From NCBI RefSeq assembly GCF_000143415.4, contig NW_003314331.1, positions 793,169 to 857,168 on the forward strand: DNA of 64,000 bases. Reading direction: 5' to 3'. Under the pieces are notes generated by a model, which searched no databases, had not been told where the DNA came from, and was given only the letters and a program-made list of their open reading frames with translations. The DNA comes from Selaginella moellendorffii. Taxonomy: Eukaryota; Plantae; Lycopodiophyta. A program made the position numbers and the translations under genes. Shown here piece by piece: positions 1-8,889 of the stretch; the first letter of the stretch is position 1; every line of letters begins with the position of its first letter.

Positions 1-15
1 TAATGAGAATAAAAA

Positions 16-1506
16 TTACCTTGGATCATACACATGAGCTCCCATGGTTGTCCAACCGGATACATGCTCCATATGGTCAAAATGTACCCATGCATTTGCA
101 AGGTCACTGGACCCAAACATGTCCATTCGGGAGACAAGATCTACACCAGAGGCAAGGCCCATGGTAGACATTTTTAAGACGAAGAGGCGCTCTTGCTCAT
201 TCACAACTTGGTCTGGAAACAAACTTCCGTGGATGAACTCGTATGGACAAGTCCGTTTCAATTCAAGGATAGAGTCAATTTTTGATTGCAACTTCCCCTT
301 TCGAGATTCACACATCCAAGATTTTATCCTAAACAATATAATGTAAGAAAAAATTATTATTATAACGTATGAAAAATAACAGATGTACCTCCTTAGGCTA
401 GTAGCAAGTTGTACTCCTCGTAGTAAGTCCCGCAAGCTAGCCTCGTTTAGTTGAGTCTTTTGGCAATCTAGATTGAGTAAGGTATTTGCGATAAAATCCT
501 TGAGGACGGTCTTCTAAACATGCTTCGGAGTTGCAAATGAGTTTCTCATAGTCTCTTCCTGTACAACATCTTTGAAACGGTTGAGAGAACTCCTTTATAT
601 CCCTTCCTGCATTGGATGCATATGTGTGCCAACATGCACTGCAACTCTTCCAGCCACTCCATCCCGTGGAAGAAAGTAGTACATCTTGGCCTCGCAGATA
701 GCACGATATAGAGGAGCATTTTTGCAGAATCAACATTTGAATCCAACAGCAATGGTGTCACAGGCTGGAGGATTGACTGCAGACCCTTCAAAAAATATAG
801 AGTTTCTAGAGTGGTCTCGATTGCATGTTTCATCCACACAATCTAAATGCCCGCCACAATGAACTATAGACACTGTGCCTTCAAAATGTTGGAAGTGTGT
901 GGTCTTGATCTTGCACCAATTGTGGACATCCTGCTTGGTTTCCATCCCCTTCCATTTGGAACCTGTGCTACTGACAAGAGGTGGTAGCTCGAAGAAAATG
1001 TTGCCGTTGTAGGAGGATGGAATCTCACTCACAAGTCTATACAAAAACAAGTGCACGTCGATTGAGAGGCGTGAAAACTAGAAAGCATTGCTAACGGCTT
1101 TGAATATTGCTGAAGTTGGAGCTGGAGCTGGTGAATTTGGCGCTGACACTAACATGACATCTCCACTTGAACTAGAAAAGGACAAGAGGATAACGACTGA
1201 CTCTTGCTTCACATTCACTTTTGCTGGAGCGCATTTTGGCATTTTGACTAGAGATCCGAACACTCGAATCTCCTTCGACTTGGAATTTTGTAAATCCCAT
1301 TGTTGTCCACCCTCGCCCACACCAAAAAGAAGAAACTCCGAGTATGCAACTATACCGGTGTTGTTGCGGATCACAGCCTCTAAAGAAATAGAGCCAAGAC
1401 GAAGATCAAAACGCCGACATAAAAAACTTTCAGAAACAATACTTTGAGAGAATGAAAGAGGTGGGTGATCTCGAAAATGAAGAAGAAACCTCTCCATCCT
1501 TCTCAA
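16..1506 (-). pseudogene. MULE (Mutator-like) transposase pseudogene, copy 1 (N-terminal part; continues off the left edge)
   Basis: One frame with stops plus an intron: EIPSSYNGNIFFELPP..HNWCKIKTTH..VHCGGHLDC..C..FKC*FCK..CEAKMYY..AVHVGTHMHP (Cys/His zinc module), then LKMSTMGLASGVDLV..AWVHFDHMEHVSGWTTMGAHVYDPR. Homologous along its length to 8890-11840. Confidence 0.8.
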
Positions 1507-1555
1507 TAGGTTTTGGAGTTCTCTCTCTTTATGCTACTTGTAAAAATCTATAGTG

Positions 1556-1655
1556 NNNNNNNNNNNNNNNNNNNNNNNNNNNNNNNNNNNNNNNNNNNNN
1601 NNNNNNNNNNNNNNNNNNNNNNNNNNNNNNNNNNNNNNNNNNNNNNNNNNNNNNN
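1556..1655. other. assembly gap (100 N)
   Basis: Run of n. Confidence 1.
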
Positions 1656-2390
1656 TAATATTACTGTCATCTATTATGATGTCTGATGCATGTATACACA
1701 TAGATCCAAGGAAAGATTTTCAGCACGTGAAGTTTGATAGTTAATAATGATACCAATAATGACATTCTGCTATAACATGTCAAACCAAGAGATCCAATCT
1801 AACTATCAGCACGTGTGATATGTCAAGTTGTCAAATTTTAAGTGGTAGATGATAATAAATCTTGTCAAATTTTATTCTTCAATAACAGATTTGATTCGTA
1901 GTACAACTCAAGTTTTATCCATAATTGTGAACACTGCTCAATGACATTTAAAGCACGTGCCTATTGTTTAGGATCTAATACAACACAAAATAAATTTCTG
2001 GATGAAGATTCATTCATTCATAGATGGATATAGTACAACATATTTTAACATGCCTTATTTATACTCTTTGAAGTTCTTGTAACGATTCCAAAATATGTAC
2101 AAAATATTGATGAGAATGCATCCTTTCTAGATAATTTGTAAAATATAATATCATATCTCTAATAACAGAAATGTTGATAGATGCTAGTTATACCATCATT
2201 AAAATATACAAAATAAAGAAGCATAATTTACATATAATAATAATGATAAGATAAAATAAGATCAAAGATATTGTGATGGTTGAGATTTAGGTTATTCGGA
2301 ATGAACGGCCAGGATTAGAGATTGGTTAGGGTTAGGGCAGCCGTCAGTATGGTAGCCGACAAGATTAGATTACTGTTCGCATTGTGAGTG

Positions 2391-2634
2391 GAGCGCGCGA
2401 GAGATCGAGAGATTGAGCGCGAAGGAGATCAAGGGATTGAGCGCGAAGGAGATCGAGCGATTGAGCCTGCAAGAGATCGAGAGATTGAGCACATGAGCGG
2501 GAGAGATTGAGCACGCGAGCGGGAGAGTTTGAGCGCGCAAGCAGGAGAGATTGAGCATGTGAGCCGGAGAGATTGAGTGCGCGAGCTGGAGAGATTGAGT
2601 GCGCGAGCGGGAGAGATTGAGCGCACAAGAAATC
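2391..2634. repeat. CG-rich tandem array: ~4 x 24-bp (GATTGAGCGCGAAGGAGATCGAGA) then ~6 x 22-bp (GATTGAGCGCGCGAGCGGGAGA)
   Basis: Visible periodic GATTGAGC units between the divergent transposase and ParB-MTase genes. Confidence 0.9.
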
Positions 2635-2757
2635 TAGCACAATCAAGAAATCGAGGAAGGAAAGATGCCACTAAGGGTGAGTTTCGATTTGATTGCTTCC
2701 ACTTCCATTTTTTGAGTCCATTGCTTCCATTCCATTTCTTCCCTTTTTTTTTCTTGA

Positions 2758-5700
2758 TTGCTTCTTTGCTGGCCGAGGTCAAGCTCCAGCCGGCCACCTC
2801 GGGCAGTTTTGCTTGCCGAGGGGCCGAGGTTATTCAAATTGCCACCACCACTACCACTATTGCCTCTGCCCCTACTGCCACCGCCACCACCACCATTGCC
2901 ACCACCACTGCCACTATTGCCTCTGCCCCCGCCACCACCGCCACCACCGCCACCACCACCAATGCAAATCCCTGAAGTTGGGCAATCTAGTGGTGTTCAC
3001 AATAGGGAACCTAAGGAACAGCCTGGAGCTGAAAGAGTTGCAGACCTTCCTGACAACGTGGTGGACAAGCGCTTCCAAGAGACTGTTATGCGGACAAGGG
3101 AAAAAGCAGTTCACCAAACACTTGAGGCACTCAAGTGGCCAGGCCCTTGTGACTTGATCAGAGAAATCCCCTTTTGTCGTTTGCAGCAGATGAACCTTGT
3201 CTGCACAGCATCCAAGTATGTCAACCCGGATATATACAGCTTGTTCAAATAGAATGGCCTTGCAACAAATATCGGTATGTTTTTAGTCTCTTTTTGCAAG
3301 CCAGGAACAATGGAGATCATTATTGTCACACCCGAGATTATGAATAGCTAGGATCCTATTTGGAGGAGGAAGTCCCTAGAATTTGATGACATGCTTATCA
3401 GACATCATGAGACTCGATAGCTTGCGGGGACAATGTTCCAAATTATTGACGGTAACCACCAATATGGAGCTTGGATGAAGTGTATCGACGATCATTTTCG
3501 CGATGATCCTGTCTACCATATCAACGTTCCAGTCGGCCATGTCTACGCGAGGGGACCTTTGGATGTCAACAGACTTATCTTGGCCTGCCAAAAGATCAAT
3601 GCGTAAGTTTTATAATTTTACCTCTAACTCCACTTTAACTTGTTTTGTTGTGTTTAAATGTAGGCTTGGGCAGTTCGCTGTTCAAAAATAAAATCTTGTC
3701 CATAACATCGAGCAACTTTGATTTTTGGCAGACTTGAGTGAGGATGACATCCGCCAACATTATGGTGATGATCTCGCAACACTTGTTCGGCACTCACGGA
3801 CTCGAAATGACGGTACAACTTGGTTCAACAACCCATTCAGTTTTATGCTCACTATGTGGTGTAAGGTATGTATTTCCCTTTTATTTTATAAAAGCCTCTT
3901 TTAATTGTTTTGGTTTTTAGCCTTTGGTGAAGGTCAAGCAGGATGCTTACGAACTTGCATATCCGGAGAAGAGTCGGGAAGAGCTCTCAGCTGAGTTTGT
4001 ACAAATTGAGCACAAAATTCAGCATGCAAAGTCCTCAAAGTTGAAGAAACTAGTATGCATTGCAGACAATCGCAGGCCAAAGGAGTGGCTAGAGACTATA
4101 GCCGAAATTTCTTCTCATGAATGTAAGTTTTTTATCACACTTCATTTTTCTTAATTATGCATATGTTACTTTTGCAATGAACAAAACTCCAAATGACATG
4201 ATTTACAATATCGCAAAATCGAAGCTTCCATATCAACAAATAGAGACTCTGGAGTTCCTCAATGTCTGCTTGATGAACAGAGAGAAAGGACTGCCAGAAC
4301 TATTTAAGAACATGATGAGAAGGGTTGTCTACATCATGCAAACTATAAGTGAAGGTGAGAAGTTCTTGGCACCACACATTGGTGACGATCCAGATGGCAC
4401 ATTCATGTCTTTTGACAATTACATCAACACATCATTGGAAGGGATCGAAGAGGGGTGGCTACTAGAGAAGTCTACAAGCACAACAACTTATGATTGCCAA
4501 CATGGTCAACCTTATTTCATGCGACGTGCAGCTTATAGGTATAATATGATTTCTAAGACTGTTTTTTAATATATATTGTTTACAGGTATCTTCGATATAG
4601 AGGCATGCCATTTGAGGCACCAGTTTGCACTCGACTTGTTGCAAAGGGTGTAAGAGATGGAGGAATGTATCCAACAATGTTTGCGAGAGTTCCAAAGGCA
4701 CGGAAAATAGAATGCCCTTAGGAGTTGGAGCTCCTAGGGAAGGAGACCTCTACACTAGATCGTGAGGAAATTATCAATGCTAGCAATGATGGCAATGCAA
4801 GTGACGATGGAGACGAGGATGAGGAAGCTCCAGATCAAGTTCGTGTTCCACCACCAGACAGTCAGGAACAGGCTCCAATTCAACTATCAAACAACCAAGA
4901 TCCGGATCAGGTTTTACCAGTAAATAACGATGATCAAGTGGTTCACAGAATATCACGTCGACCTCGAGGTAAGCAAAAGTGAATTTTACAAACTAAAGGT
5001 GGTAATACATTTTTTTTGCAGCAATGACTGTTGGTAGTAATTTCATTCCAGCTCGACGAGATGCTCGTGAAGAGGAGTTGGAGGAACTCTCATCGACAAC
5101 ACGCCATATGACGGTATCATACTATTTATTACTTTTTTCATTCACTTAGCTCTTTTATAGGTCTGTCTTGTGTCCCCAATAACACAACGAGGCATTGTGG
5201 GTATCTTCATTGGCTCTTATAGTAGATTATTGACATCTTTCACGGAAGACGACATCAACATGGATATACACCGCCAGTTCAACCGTTGATGCCGAAAGAT
5301 ACAAAAGCCCGTGCTCCCAGTTGCGGACTTCATTCTCTTCGACTTTCCATATGGTCTTTCATATATCGATGGGAAAGTTGAGGATTGGAACTTTCTCACA
5401 CCTGACCATTTGCGCGATGCATTCCTATTGTCCAAAGTATTTATGCTTAAAGTTGGCTATGTCGTCTTCATCCTACCGAACGACCCCAACTGGATGTATG
5501 AGCTTATGACATGCGCAGTAGAAGTTCATTTCAAGTCATTCTCTTCCGGGTGCATTATGGATCCTATTGGCATTGATACGAAGGGCGTCCAAGGGAAGCT
5601 TGAAAAGGTGAGTATGTATTTTATATTTTTATCTAATTTCTAAACATTTTTATTTTCCAGGTTATGATGTGGACCTATCATGCCTTCTGCAGAAACACAC

Positions 5701-6232
5701 ATGATGGGTTTCGTGATAGCGAACGTGCAGCACGTGTTTTGCCTGGGTACGACAGTTCCACTAACATCATACCCAACCTTGTGGATGAGCAGATCCGCAA
5801 CACGTTTCCAGGGTACCGATTCCAAACTCCATCAGCAATGCAAGTCTTGCTTAAGCTCTATTGCCCACCAGATGGTATTGTGATTGATTGCACAGCAGGT
5901 AGTGGTTCTATGGTGGAGGCAGCACGTGACTCTGGTAGGTCGGTGTTTGCTATTGAAGAACATCATTTCTTCAAACGCCGGCTCAGAGGATTTCGTGAGT
6001 TGCCTTCAACCTCAAGGAGGTAAATTATGTTTATTAAAATTTCAATATATATTTCATTCTATTTTATAGATCATAGTCACCTAGAGTTTCTAGAATTGGA
6101 GGCTTTGGAAGTCTCCCTGACTATGCAGAAGCCATGGCTCAACATATGCAAGGTGAATCTTCCCCACAATACCACTATAGGAGGAAGTATAAAAGAAATC
6201 ATTATGTTGATGATGAGGCAGAAGAAAGTTAA
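2758..6232 (+). pseudogene. Spliced ParB/Srx-like domain + beta-class DNA N6A/N4C amino-methyltransferase fusion gene (inactivated by nonsense changes)
   Basis: Manual splicing (introns ~3603-3663, 3866-3920, 4123-4177, 4540-4585, 4969-5021, ~5114-5160, ~5608-5661, ~6020-6069) gives one continuous frame. It reads Pro-rich N-terminus, MFQIIDGNHQYGAWMKCI (DGNHQ 3448-3462), acidic linker, ADFILFDFPYG (DFPY 5341-5352, motif IV), FQTPSAMQVLLKLYCPPDGIVIDCTAGSGSMVEAARDSGRSVFAIE (motif I ~5871-5909). About 8 in-frame stops; no frameshift seen. Confidence 0.8.
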
Positions 6233-6638
6233 TTGCATCCTTACATAAAATGGAAAGCTTGTTATATGTTAGATATCAGTGAAATAGTAAAATTGTCAGA
6301 TGTCAGTGTCAGTGTCAGATACCATAATTATAAATTATCATTCTCATCTGTCACCATCACTTTGTAGCATTTGTGTGTTGCCATCTCCTCCTTCAACATT
6401 TTGTAAACAATTGTATGTGATATGATAGCACCTTCTAGAACAAGGTATGTTACCTACAACTAATATCATTTTATTATATTTTTTCTTTTAATAGTGACAA
6501 TACTATAGTATAGTAAAGTAATTCTAGATCTTACATTCCACTATAGGGTGGCCTAAAAACCCTATATTTTGCACTAGTCAATGCAATGTTTCCCAAAGGG
6601 ATGTTATTCCTCACCATGAAGCGATAGTGGGTATGTGT

Positions 6639-7076
6639 CTATAACTCATTCTTGAATCTATTGTACAGCCACACGTGCACATTTTCCAGACTTGCTGTTG
6701 GGCAATTCTTACAGTGCTCAAGAAAAGTTTGTAAACCCATAGAGCCATTTGTCTTGTCCAAGAAAAAGTAGCATATTGGACACCGAATGTAATAGCGTTC
6801 TGTGCTTTCAAGTAGTCTTGCCATGTCAGGAGCAAGATCTTGCAAAAACATGTGGCATTGCTCTTGAAGCGCTAAAGGTAATCTCTCTCTAGTAGCAAAA
6901 TCCGGAATTTCACATATAGGAAGCTCTAATTCAACTTCACTAGAGCCCTTAGCAGAAAAAGGATTGTTATGTAGAGGTGAAGGTGGAATGTTGGTAGAAC
7001 TTGGGGATGGAGGTGGAGATTGATATGAAATGCTAGGGGGCCAAGTACGATTAGCAATGGGTCTCCTTTGAGCCAT
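6639..7076 (-). CDS. Small hypothetical protein with Pro/Ser-rich N-terminus and CxxC-x18-HxxxC zinc-finger-like motif
   Basis: Open ~145-aa ORF from ATG (MAQRRP...) containing IRCPICYFFLDKTNGSMGLQTFLEHCKNCP. Confidence 0.4.
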   Translation of the reverse strand: MAQRRPIANRTWPPSISYQSPPPSPSSTNIPPSPLHNNPFSAKGSSEVELELPICEIPDFATRERLPLALQEQCHMFLQDLAPDMARLLESTERYYIRCPICYFFLDKTNGSMGLQTFLEHCKNCPTASLENVHVWLYNRFKNEL

Positions 7077-7165
7077 TTCAATATAAACTTCTAAGGAGCT
7101 CAAGGAGAACAAAAAATCTATAATGACTATAACTTTTCTAGATAGTTTATATACTAAGTTTTAGT

Positions 7166-7352
7166 CTTGGGAATGAGGTTTATTTATTATGACACTGACA
7201 ATACTTAGATTCTTGGGAACAAGGTTTATTTATTATGACACTGACAATACTCAGATTCTTGGGAACGAGGTTTATTTATTATGATACTGACAATACTCAA
7301 ATTCTTGGGAATGAGGTTTATTTATTATGACACTAACAATACTCAGATTCTT
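7166..7352. repeat. 4 x 46-bp tandem repeat (CTTGGGAATGAGGTTTATTTATTATGACACTGACAATACTCAGATT)
   Basis: Units start at 7166, 7212, 7258, 7304. Confidence 0.95.
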
Positions 7353-8889
7353 TAAATGTCAGTCTTGGAAATGGGGCTTCATAATCATAGCTTTCTTGTA
7401 AACATAAGAGCTTCTAGAATTTTAGATTATCGTGTATACATATGTTCTATCATTATGATGAATCCTACTTTATATTCTTTTCTACACATGCCAAATGTCT
7501 ACAGAAATAAATTGCAAGGAAATATAGACCACATTATAGTGGTAGAGCACGTTGGCACGCTACCATTCTCTTATGTGAGATTGCCTTTTAGTCTTGGAAA
7601 TGTAGATAAAGTTGATTCTTTGATGTGATATTACTTTTGAGTCTTTCGAAAGATTTTGATTTCTTTTATCATTATTTACAAACAATTCCCAAAAACTTTT
7701 AATGAGGATTCACTGCAAAATATACCTTGGTCTTATCATATGAGAGGATTGCGATATATGCAAGCAATAGAGTTTTTAATATGAATTAATATGTAAATTA
7801 CAAATGTCATAGAAAGTTTTATGGAGTAGATTTCTTGGTGCTTTCCACTGTGCTGTTCATTTCTTCATTTCTCTTGCTCTAGACTATTATTTCAGAAGTA
7901 ACAGAAGCATTTTTATCAATCGTGATAGTGGTCTCTACATTCCCAGATGGGTAATAAGGACCAGGAGTGTAATATGGAGATTGTGGTAGTGAAACAAAAT
8001 TAACATTCTCACATTCCTTTACACTACAACTCTTACTCACAGATCTTGTATTTTCCTTGCTTCCCATCTTCTCAAGAACCCTAAAAAATCTTTTGAATGA
8101 AGGAATAGTATCTATAGCTGTAAAAGTATTCAAAATATTAAGTAGTCAAATCAAATATGACAGCTGTAACAGTTGTCATAATAAAATAATATAGTTTTAT
8201 AAAAGATAGGTTCTCATGAACTTTGTCTTTTTTAAACAATTCAATCTTATAGAAACTTTTAACTTAGATATTTACGTATTTTAATATTTTAAAGTTTGTT
8301 AAAACCTTCATTTGTTCAATTTAGATCTCCTTTGTAATATTTCTTATTGACTATGTTGACTTGACTTGACTTGTGTTGAATTGAGCTCAACTCATGAGCT
8401 CAGCTCAACTTTGGACCATCCCCCTTCAAGAGAGTTTCATTCTTTTGTGACAAATGAGAGAGAGTCAAGCTTGGAAAGGTTGGTTTGTATGCAATTTTTT
8501 CCTTTTGAAGGGAAGAGAGCATAGAGATGAGAGGGAGAACAAATAATCAATGCTACAACTTTTGTGATTGACTGGCACTTCTCACTCATAACCACATTCA
8601 TTTCAATAATATTATTCCTCTCATAATCAATTATACAATTAATATGGGTGTCTCTTTAAGATTCTCATATCTCTAAATTCTAAATAGTTGTATATTTTGT
8701 TAAAATAATTAACTTGTCCTTTGCAAGGACACAGCTAATTCATGCTCACAATACAAAAGAATATCTTTGTTCTTTCTTGTTAGTTTCTCCCCAAATTTTT
8801 TCTAAGTGCTTGAGCAGGGAGAAAATATGAGAGAATTCTATTTGAAGTTTGATCAAGAGCCTCCACTTATTTTCTCTAAAAATGTTATA

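Noticed and set aside
2325-2337. TTAGGGTTAGGG telomere-like motif
   Set aside because: Only two units; chance or a telo-box-like motif, not an interstitial telomere.
2365-2975. Overlapping ORFs over the 22/24-bp array and the CCA-rich tract
   Set aside because: Repeat-derived. Only the poly-Pro frame continues into the ParB-like region.
2758-6232. Bacterial contamination as the source of the ParB-methyltransferase
   Set aside because: The gene has multiple short spliceosomal introns of host-typical size and the same transition-driven decay as neighbouring plant transposons.
7166-7352. CRISPR-like appearance of regular repeats (also 51930-52380)
   Set aside because: Units are contiguous with no unique spacers, there are no cas genes, and the context is eukaryotic.
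7360-8133. Possible decayed minus-strand gene between the 46-bp array and MULE copy 2
   Set aside because: Looks coding-like, but I could not recognise any motif or build a consistent frame.
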